Made by a program: the position numbers and the translations under genes. This document shows positions 11,148 through 19,695 of a DNA stretch of 32,000 nucleotides, in pieces. Origin of the DNA: Buchnera aphidicola (Neophyllaphis podocarpi) (GTDB lineage Bacteria; Pseudomonadota; Gammaproteobacteria; Enterobacterales; Enterobacteriaceae); NCBI RefSeq assembly GCF_964059055.1, contig NZ_OZ060386.1, positions 390,001 through 422,000 on the forward strand, in the 5' to 3' direction. The notes under the pieces are model-generated. The model did not search any database. It saw only the letters and a list, made by a program, of their open reading frames with translations, and was not told where the DNA came from. Within the stretch, counting starts at the first letter, position 1. Every line of letters starts with the position of its first letter.

Positions 11148-13870
11148 ATGATTAGTAAAAAGATATTAATATTAATAGATGGATCATACTATTTATATCG
11201 TTCTTATTATGCTTTAAAAAATCTTAAAAACGAAAAAGGAGAGCAATCTGGAGCTATATATGGTGTTATAAATTTAATAATAAATTTAATTAAAAAATAC
11301 AAAACAAAAAATATTGCAATAATTTTTGATTATAAAAAAAAAACTTTAGAAATAAAATCTTTGCAGAATACAAAGCTAATAGAAAAATAATGCCAGAAAA
11401 TTTAAAAAATCAAATAGCTCCTTTAATAAAAATAATTAAAGCAATAGGAATACCGTTTATATCTATTAAAAATGTAGAGTCTGATGATGTTATTGGAACT
11501 TTATGCAAACAAGCAGAAAAAGATAATAGAAAAGTAATAATAGTTACGAGCGATAAAGATATGGCTCAATTAGTTACAAAAAATATTAATATTATTAATG
11601 ATAATATTGATTATATTATGGGCATTAAAGAAATAAAGAAAAAATATGGAGTATATCCTAAAAATATAATAGATTTATTAGCGTTAACAGGAGACAAATC
11701 AGATAATATTCCAGGAATTAAAGGAATTGGTCCAAAAACAGCAATAAAACTTATAGAAGAAATAGGTGATTTAACATTAATTTATAAAAACTTAAAAAAA
11801 ATATTAACAATTAAAATACGTGGAGCTAAAAATATTATAAAAAAACTAAATAAAGATAAAAAAAATGCTTTAATATCTTATAAATTAGTAAAAATAAAAT
11901 TAAATGTAAAATTACAAATTTCTCTTGAAAATATAAAAATAAAAAATACAAAAATAAAAACAGTATTAAATTTATTTAAATATTACAATTTTAATAAATG
12001 GATAAAACAAATAGAATTAAATACATGGAATTTAAAAACAGATAATAAATTGAATATTGATAAAAAAGAAAAAAAAAATAAAATAAAACAAAAATTTGTA
12101 TATTTAAATAAAGAAAATTTAGAAAATAATATAAATATTATAAATAATTACAGTATGATTTCAATATATTTTGAAATTAAAGATATAAAAAATGTATGTA
12201 ACAATATTAATATAAGAAACATTTTTATATCAACATCTAAAAAAACTACATATATTATTAATATAGAAGAAATTCATCAAATAAATAACAAAAAAACATT
12301 TGATAAAAATTATATATTTTTAAAATTAAAAAATATTTTAGAAAATAATTTAATAAATAAAATTCACTATAATTTAAAATTAAATTTAATAATTTTTAAA
12401 AAATATAATATAAAATTAAGAGGAAAAAATTTTGATATTATACTAGAATCTTATTTACTAAAAAACACAATAAAAAATCATGATAAGATTGAAATTCTGA
12501 CAGAAAAATGGATACAATTAAAAAATAATACATATAGCAATATAAAAAATAAAATTACAAAAAACATTATAGAAGAAAATCAAAAATCTATAATTATATT
12601 CATGTTACATGTAATAATGTACAAAAAAATTAAAAAAAATAAAAAAATAAAAAATCTATTATTAAATTTAGACATACCTTTATTAAAAGTAATTTTAAGA
12701 ATTGAAAAAAATGGGGTATTAATAAACAAAAATGTGCTAATAAAACATGCAGAAAAAATAAAAATAAGATTAAAAGAAATAAATAAAAAAGTAAAAACAC
12801 TAACAGGAAAAAATTTCAATATTTTATCTACAAATCAGTTAAAAAATATATTATTTAATGATGAACAAAAAAAAAAATTATCAACTAGTAAATTAACATT
12901 GAAAAATTTGTTTAAAAATAATCCATTAATTACTTTAATATTAGAATATCGAAAATTATATAAAATAAAATCTGTATACTGCGACAATTTAATAAAATTG
13001 ATTAATAATATTACAAAAAGAATACATACTTGTTATAATCAAGTAAAAACAACCACAGGAAGATTAACTTCTACAAATCCTAATCTGCAAAACATACCAA
13101 TAAAAAGCAAAGAAGGAAAAATAGTAAGACAAGCATTTATATCTAATAAAAATAATATATTAGTATCAGTAGATTACTCACAAATAGAACTAAGAATTAT
13201 AGCACACTTCTCAAAGGATAAAAAACTTCTATTATACTTTAAAAAAAATAAAGATATTCATATAGAAACAGCTAAAAAAATATTTAATATTAAATCAACA
13301 GAAATAACAAAAGATCAAAGACAGATAGCTAAAACCATAAATTTTGCATTAATTTATGGAATGAAACCTTTTGGACTATCAAAAATATTAAATATAAACA
13401 TAATAGAAGCTGAAAATTATATAAAAATTTTTTTTAAAAAATATAAAGGAGTATATAATTATATAAAACAAAATTTAGAATTTGCAAAAAAAAATAAATA
13501 TGTTTTAACATTGTTTGGAAGAATTTTACATGTTAAAGATATCAATTCTTTGAATAATAATAAAAAAAAATCATCTGAAAGATTGGCAATAAATGGACCT
13601 ATACAAGGTACAGTAGCAGATATTATCAAATATTCTATGATTAAAATAGACCAATGGATTAATAAAAATAAAATACAAAAAAATATAAAAATGATAATGC
13701 AAATACATGATGAATTGATATTTGAAATTAATAAAAATAATATTTATAAATATTGTGAAAAAATTAAAAAAATAATGGAAAATAATAAAAAACTAACTGT
13801 ACCAATTAATATAAATATAAAAACTGGAAAAAATTTACTAGAAATGAAACTAATAAAAATATTAAAATAA
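11148..13870 (+). CDS. polA: DNA polymerase I, reading frame interrupted at an A10 tract (an automated pipeline would flag it as a frameshifted pseudogene)
   Basis: ORF 11148-11390 (5'-nuclease N-terminus: LILIDGSYYLYRSYYA...AIIFDYKKK) and ORF 11390-13870 are one gene. The second frame is already open from 11336 and reads KKNFRNKIFAEYKANRKIMPENLKNQIAPL, matching E. coli [29 protein letters not shown]. Polymerase motifs A (VDYSQIELRIIAH), B (RQIAKTINFALIYGM) and C (QIHDELIFE) are intact. Length plus 1 nt gives 908 codons. Confidence 0.9.
11334..11343 (+). repeat. A10 homopolymer at the polA frameshift point
   Basis: Counted directly: gat tat AAAAAAAAAA ctt. With 11 A the frame reads DYKKKNFRNKIF. 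Confidence 0.95.
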
Positions 13871-13939
13871 AAATATTAGTATCTAATTAATACCTTAATT
13901 AGTAAATTAAAAATATATTAATTAATTTTTATATTAAAT

Positions 13940-14542
13940 TTAATTTTTAGACCATAAATCTAACATATTAGATAATTTTTTAACACTATCTTTGTTAAAA
14001 ATTGAAAATAATTCAACTGTTATTGTATTGTTATAATCTTGAAATATAATATGTTTTATCTGAATTAAAACTTTTTTTTGTAAGCTAAATGATATTTTGT
14101 CAGATTTAGTCAATAAAATTAAAACTTGTATTTTATTTAAAAATGCTAGTTTAATAACTTCTTGATCTATTTTTTTCATAGGATGACGAATATCCATAAA
14201 AACAACTATACCCTGTAAAATAGTACTTGTATTTAAATATCTAAATACTACATTTTTGAAATTTGAATTAATTAAATAAGAATATTTAACATATCCATAA
14301 CCAGGAAAATCTAATAAATAAAATCCTTTAAATACTTCAAAAAAATTAACTAGTTTAGTACAACCTGGAACTTTACTAGTACGTGATAATTTTTTTTGAT
14401 TAGTTAGAAAATTTAAAGCACTAGATTTTCCAGAGTTAGAATAACCTAAAAATGCTACTTCAATTCCTGAATTTATATTTTTATAAGTTATATTAGGTTC
14501 GCTTTTTAAAAATCTAGTTTGGTGATAATTATATTTTGACAA
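13940..14542 (-). CDS. engB: ribosome-biogenesis GTPase EngB (YihA)
   Basis: 200 aa. G1 GYSNSGKSSALN, G3 DFPGYGY, G4 LLTKSDK. Convergent with polA, as I recall for E. coli. Confidence 0.9.
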   Translation of the reverse strand: MSKYNYHQTRFLKSEPNITYKNINSGIEVAFLGYSNSGKSSALNFLTNQKKLSRTSKVPGCTKLVNFFEVFKGFYLLDFPGYGYVKYSYLINSNFKNVVFRYLNTSTILQGIVVFMDIRHPMKKIDQEVIKLAFLNKIQVLILLTKSDKISFSLQKKVLIQIKHIIFQDYNNTITVELFSIFNKDSVKKLSNMLDLWSKN

Positions 14543-14685
14543 TTATTATATCCATAATTTTTAGAAAATTATAAAAATTAAATTATTTAATATTTTACAT
14601 GATAAAATAAATTAAATAAAGTTATTAAAATTAATAAATAATAAAAATATTAAAAGTTTAATAGAGAGGTAAATAAAATTAAACA

Positions 14686-16506
14686 ATGATTAAAAGAATT
14701 AGAAACATAGCTGTGATAGCTCATATTGATCATGGAAAAACTACTTTAATAGAAAAAATATTAGAACAGTCAGATACTTTTAAAAAAACACATAAAACAA
14801 TTAATAAGATAATGGATTCTAATGTAATAGAAAAAGAAAGAGGAATTACTATATTAGCTAAAAATACCTCAATTACATGGAATAATCATACTATAAATAT
14901 AATAGATACTCCTGGTCATGCAGATTTTAGCGGTGAAGTGGAAAGAATTATTTCTATGGTAGATTCAGTTCTTTTAATTGTAGATGCATTAGAAGGTCCT
15001 ATGCCTCAAACTAGATTTGTTACAAAAAAAGCATTTGAAAACAACATAAAACCAATTGTAGTAATAAACAAAATAGATAGAAAAGATGCTAGGCCTGATT
15101 GGGTGATAAATGAAATTTTTGATTTGTTTATAAACTTAAACGCAACAGATGACCAGCTAGATTTTAAAGTAGTATATACTTCAGCATTACTAGGATCATC
15201 AGGAACTGAAATAAATAAAATCAAAAATAATATGGATGCTTTATATAATAGCATAATTAAATATGCTCCTTATCCTAAAGTAAAATTAAACGGTCATTTT
15301 CAAATGCAAATTTCACAATTAGATTATGATAATTATTTAGGAATTGTAGGTATAGGTAAAATTAATAGAGGGATAGTTAAAACAAATCAACAAGTTGCAA
15401 TTATAAATAGTAAAAATGAAATTAAATACGGAAAAATAAATAAAGTTTTAAAATATCAAGGAATAAATAAATTTGAAAGTGAATCAGCAAAAGCAGGAGA
15501 TATTATCGCTATTACTGGTTTAAATAATATCAAAATTTCTAATACAATATGTGATTATAAAAACATAGAAATAATGAAAGAAATAAAGATTGAAAAACCT
15601 ACTGTAACAATGTTTTTTGGAGTTAATACATCACCTTTCTCAGGTAAAGAAGGTAAATATATTACATCTAGAAAAATATTAGAAAGATTAAAAAAAGAAA
15701 CTATAAATAATATAGCTTTAAAAGTAGAAGAAACTAAAAAAAATAACGTTTTTAGCGTATCAGGTAGAGGAGAATTACATATTTCAATATTAATAGAAAA
15801 TATGAGGAGAGAAGGATTTGAATTAGAAATTTCTAGACCAAAAGTAATATTGAGAAAGATCAATAATATTATAAAAGAACCATTTGAAGATGTATTAATA
15901 GAAATAAAAGAAAAACATCAAGGAATAATTATGAAAATAATGGGAGAAAGAAAAAATGATCTAAAAAGTATAAATAAATCAGAAAATAAAGATAGAGTAC
16001 GTATGCACTATACAGCAACAAGTAGATCTTTGATAGGATTTAGATCAGAATTTATAAATATAACATCTGGAACAGGAGTATTATACTCGTCTTTTAGTCA
16101 CTATGATAACTTACAAAACTATAATAAAAAACAAAGAGAAAACGGAGTATTAATTTCTAATAAAGAAGGAACATCTATTGGATTTGCTTTATTTAATTTA
16201 CAAAATAGAGGAAAGCTCTTTATAGGACCAGGAGAAAAAGTTTATGAAGGTCAAATTATTGGAATACATAATAGAAATAATGATTTAACTGTAAATTGTT
16301 TACTTGCAAAAAAACTTACTAATATGAGAGCATCAGGTTCTGATGAAGCTATTAATCTAACAACACCAATTAGAATGAGCTTAGAGGAGTCATTATCATT
16401 TATAAATGATGATGAATTGATAGAAGTAACACCTAAGAATATTCGTTTACGAAAAAAATATTTGACTATAAATGCAAGAAAAAAAACAAGTAAATATATT
16501 AAATAA
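14686..16506 (+). CDS. typA: translational GTPase TypA/BipA
   Basis: 606 aa. AHIDHGKTTL, DTPGHADF, NKIDR. Full-length collinearity with BipA. Confidence 0.95.
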   Translation: MIKRIRNIAVIAHIDHGKTTLIEKILEQSDTFKKTHKTINKIMDSNVIEKERGITILAKNTSITWNNHTINIIDTPGHADFSGEVERIISMVDSVLLIVDALEGPMPQTRFVTKKAFENNIKPIVVINKIDRKDARPDWVINEIFDLFINLNATDDQLDFKVVYTSALLGSSGTEINKIKNNMDALYNSIIKYAPYPKVKLNGHFQMQISQLDYDNYLGIVGIGKINRGIVKTNQQVAIINSKNEIKYGKINKVLKYQGINKFESESAKAGDIIAITGLNNIKISNTICDYKNIEIMKEIKIEKPTVTMFFGVNTSPFSGKEGKYITSRKILERLKKETINNIALKVEETKKNNVFSVSGRGELHISILIENMRREGFELEISRPKVILRKINNIIKEPFEDVLIEIKEKHQGIIMKIMGERKNDLKSINKSENKDRVRMHYTATSRSLIGFRSEFINITSGTGVLYSSFSHYDNLQNYNKKQRENGVLISNKEGTSIGFALFNLQNRGKLFIGPGEKVYEGQIIGIHNRNNDLTVNCLLAKKLTNMRASGSDEAINLTTPIRMSLEESLSFINDDELIEVTPKNIRLRKKYLTINARKKTSKYIK

Positions 16507-16532
16507 TTTTAATTAAAACTTATAATAAAAAG

Positions 16533-16593
16533 GTAAGTAATATAATTCAAAATTTATTAAATTATAATTAATAATAAAAATTATATTACTTAC
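16533..16593 (-). terminator. 15-bp perfect inverted repeat; candidate gmk terminator in the convergent typA/gmk spacer
   Basis: GTAAGTAATATAATT (16533-16547) pairs with AATTATATTACTTAC (16579-16593), plus a G16532:U16594 wobble, with a 31-nt loop. On the minus strand it is followed by CTTTTTATTATA. There is no T-run on the plus side. Confidence 0.4.
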
Positions 16594-16677
16594 TAAAAAC
16601 ACTAAAAATGTATAAATTATCAACAATAATTAATTCATTATAATTACTTAGATAATAAATATAAAAATAATAAATAA

Positions 16678-17301
16678 TTAATTATTTAAAAGTTCATTAA
16701 TTAAAAGTTTATATTTAATTTTCTGGCGATTAGTAGATAAACGTTCTGCGCAAATAATATTTCTTAAATTAATTATAGATGAATTAAAATTATCATTTAT
16801 GATTAAATAATCATATTCAACATAATGATTCATTTCTAAAACAGATTTAGACATACGTTTTTTAATAATATTATTACTATCTTGAGAACGAAATAATAAT
16901 CTATTATACAATTCACTTTTTGAAGGAGGAAGCAAAAAAATACTCTTAGAATCAGGAATTTTATCTTTTATTTGTTTAGCTCCTTGCCAATCTATATCTA
17001 AAAAGATATCCATACCTTCTGATAAAACTTTATAAACATTTAATTTAGAAGTTCCGTAATAATTATTAAATACTTTAGCATATTCTAAAAATTGTTTTTT
17101 TTTAATCATATAAAAAAATTCTTCTTTAGATATAAAGTAATAATGTTGACCATTATTTTCACCTGGTCTAATTGTTCTAGTAGTATGCGAAATAGATACT
17201 TTAGTATCATAAATTAATTTTGTTTTTAACAAAGCATTAATTAAACTAGACTTACCAGCTCCACTAGGAGCCGAAATAATAAAAATTTTTCCTATAGACA
17301 T
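16678..17301 (-). CDS. gmk: guanylate kinase
   Basis: 207 aa. P-loop SAPSGAGKSSL, HTTRTIRPGENNGQHYYF. Confidence 0.95.
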   Translation of the reverse strand: MSIGKIFIISAPSGAGKSSLINALLKTKLIYDTKVSISHTTRTIRPGENNGQHYYFISKEEFFYMIKKKQFLEYAKVFNNYYGTSKLNVYKVLSEGMDIFLDIDWQGAKQIKDKIPDSKSIFLLPPSKSELYNRLLFRSQDSNNIIKKRMSKSVLEMNHYVEYDYLIINDNFNSSIINLRNIICAERLSTNRQKIKYKLLINELLNN

Positions 17302-17433
17302 AAAATTTAATTTATTTAATCATAAAAATATATTTGTATTTAAAAAATAATTATACATTTTAAAATATTTTTTTATTTAAATTTTATATAAAATTAAAAA
17401 TAAAAATAATAAAAATTATAAAAATAATATATA

Positions 17434-18393
17434 TTATATTATTTTCAATAAAATATTTGTTTTATAAATACGTAATTTAATATCATTAACTAAATTTTTA
17501 TCTAATACTCCCTGAATTATAAAATATATATTACTTACTGTTATAATATTTAAAATTTTTCCTGCAATATACCATTTACCAAAAACTTGTTTTTCAATTA
17601 AATTACTATTAACATATAAATTATTATATTTTCCAAATAAACAATACAAAGATTTTTTATTAGATTTAGAAAAATTAATTTTAGAAATCATTTCCTGTCC
17701 AATATAACAACCTTTATCAAAACTTAAACCATGATTAGAAGCTAAATTTAAATTCTGAGGAAAAAACTTACCAATGATTTTATTATTTATGATAGGGAAA
17801 TTAGATCTAATTAACAAACTTAAAAAGTAAGAATTATCATAAGAAACAATGTTTTTATTTAATTGCTGAATACGATTATTAAAGTTATCAACATGTATAA
17901 TTATTAAAAAATGTTTAATAGGATATTTAAAACTTAAAACAAATATATCTTTATTGCATATTAATAAATTATTAAATTTATTAAACTTAATTTCAAAATT
18001 TTCTTCTAAGAAACTAACAGCTTTAAAACCTAAAACACCAATCAATACTAATTCAGAATTTTGTTCAATATTTAATCTAGAAAAAATGGAATATTTTTTT
18101 AATTCAAAAATTTGTTTATTAGTAATATTAGAAGGCTGAATATAATAAAAATCTTTTAAATATTTGAATATGTAAAAAACACTTAAAATCTTTCCTTTAT
18201 TATTGCAATGAGCAGAAATTAAATAGTTATTTTTATTTAGTAATTTAATATCAATAGTAAATTGACTTTGCAGATAATTAAAACTATCAATACCACATAT
18301 TTTAATTATTTTTAATTCATTCAATAAAAATAATTTTAACGGTACATCTTTTTTTAAAATAGTATTTAAATCAGAAAAAGTATCTAAAACCAT
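17434..18393 (-). CDS. ygfZ: folate-dependent tRNA-modification/Fe-S protein YgfZ
   Basis: 319 aa with the family-defining KGCYIGQE motif near the C-terminal third. Divergent from prfB as in E. coli. Confidence 0.88.
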   Translation of the reverse strand: MVLDTFSDLNTILKKDVPLKLFLLNELKIIKICGIDSFNYLQSQFTIDIKLLNKNNYLISAHCNNKGKILSVFYIFKYLKDFYYIQPSNITNKQIFELKKYSIFSRLNIEQNSELVLIGVLGFKAVSFLEENFEIKFNKFNNLLICNKDIFVLSFKYPIKHFLIIIHVDNFNNRIQQLNKNIVSYDNSYFLSLLIRSNFPIINNKIIGKFFPQNLNLASNHGLSFDKGCYIGQEMISKINFSKSNKKSLYCLFGKYNNLYVNSNLIEKQVFGKWYIAGKILNIITVSNIYFIIQGVLDKNLVNDIKLRIYKTNILLKII

Positions 18394-18555
18394 AAAATGT
18401 CGCCTAGAAATATTTTTATATACAATAAATAGTATTAATTGTAAATAAATATATCATATTGTACAAAAACATATAAGTTTATATAAATAAAATAATATAA
18501 AATTAAAAAATATTATATAATTTTTAATATTTTATTCAAAAAAGAAAAATATAAT

Positions 18556-19695
18556 ATGAAAGATATATATATAATTAAAAATAAAATAAATTATATAAAA
18601 AAAAATATAAAAATAATAAAAAAAAATTTACAAATTAATAAAAAAAACAAACGATTAAAAAAAATAAATCAAGAATTAGCAACACCGCAAATTTGGAAAA
18701 ATAATAAACTTTATGCAAAAAATTTAAATAAAGAAAAATATAATTTAGAAAAAATTATAAATAAAATTAACATAATACAAACAAGTATTAATGATATTAA
18801 TGATATAATTATTTTTTCTTTAAAAGAAAAAGATAAATCTTTATTAAAAGAGACAGAAAAATTATTAAAAGATCTGGAAAAAAGAATAAAAAAAATTAAA
18901 ATACAGCAAATGTTTTTTAAAAAAAATGATAAAAATAATTGTTATATAGATATTCAACCAGGATCAGGCGGAATAGAAGCTCAAGATTGGGCTAAAATGC
19001 TATTAAAAATGTATTTAAAATGGGCTGAAAATAAAAATTTTAAAAGTGAAATAATAGATATATTACCAGGAGAAATAGCTGGAATTAAATATGCTACATT
19101 AAAAATAGAAGGAAAATATGCTTTTGGATGGATGAGAACAGAAAACGGTATACATCGTTTAGTACGCAAAAGCCCATTTGATTCTACAGGAAAAAGACAT
19201 ACATCATTCAGTTCAATTTTTGTTTATCCTGATATAAATAATAAAGATATAAATATAGATTTTAATCTTTCTGATATCAGAATAGATGTATATAGAGCTT
19301 CAGGAGCAGGAGGTCAACATGTTAATAGAACAGAATCAGCTGTAAGAATAACCCATATACCAACTGGCATAGTAACTCAATGTCAAAATGATAGATCTCA
19401 ACATAAGAATAAAGAAACAGCTATTAAACAAATGAAATCTAAATTATATAAATTAGAACTTATTAAAAAAAATATAGAAAAAAAAAATCTAGAAAAACAA
19501 AAATCAGATATTAGATGGGGTAATCAAATTAGATCTTACATATTAGACGATTCTAGAATTAAAGATATAAGAACTAATATAGAAAGCAGAAATATACAAG
19601 CAATACTAAATGGAGAATTAGATATATTCATATTAGAAAGTCTAAAATTAGAACTACAAAAGGATTATGAAAATGATAGAAAAAAAAATAAATAA
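18556..19695 (+). CDS. prfB: peptide chain release factor 2, single uninterrupted ORF
   Basis: 379 aa. RF2-specific SPF tripeptide (RKSPFDS), GGQ motif (YRASGAGGQHVNRTESAVRITHIPTGIVTQCQNDRSQHKNK) and DIRWGNQIRSY. No in-frame TGA in the first 30 codons. Confidence 0.95.
   Translation: MKDIYIIKNKINYIKKNIKIIKKNLQINKKNKRLKKINQELATPQIWKNNKLYAKNLNKEKYNLEKIINKINIIQTSINDINDIIIFSLKEKDKSLLKETEKLLKDLEKRIKKIKIQQMFFKKNDKNNCYIDIQPGSGGIEAQDWAKMLLKMYLKWAENKNFKSEIIDILPGEIAGIKYATLKIEGKYAFGWMRTENGIHRLVRKSPFDSTGKRHTSFSSIFVYPDINNKDINIDFNLSDIRIDVYRASGAGGQHVNRTESAVRITHIPTGIVTQCQNDRSQHKNKETAIKQMKSKLYKLELIKKNIEKKNLEKQKSDIRWGNQIRSYILDDSRIKDIRTNIESRNIQAILNGELDIFILESLKLELQKDYENDRKKNK

Noticed and set aside
11148-11390. 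Treating the 80-aa ORF and the 826-aa ORF as two separate genes (a small 5'-nuclease fragment plus an N-terminally truncated polymerase coupled through TAATG).
   Set aside because: The second frame encodes homologous PolA residues for 50 nt upstream of its first ATG, back into the A10 tract. The split is therefore a frameshift within one gene, not a two-gene arrangement.
12580-12819. 79-aa minus-strand ORF inside polA.
   Set aside because: An antisense reading of a lysine-rich (AAA) region gives poly-Phe/Ile. It is an artefact of composition.
13883-13902. An 8-bp hairpin CTAATTAA/TTAATTAG (loop TACC) between polA and engB as a bidirectional terminator.
   Set aside because: No T-run follows on either strand, and the stem has a single G:C pair. 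It is not distinguishable from chance.
15006-15863. Two minus-strand ORFs (15006-15254, 15555-15863) inside typA.
   Set aside because: Antisense shadow ORFs with no recognisable motifs.
17954-18139. 61-aa plus-strand ORF inside ygfZ.
   Set aside because: Antisense shadow ORF.
18981-19169. 62-aa minus-strand ORF inside prfB.
   Set aside because: Antisense shadow ORF.
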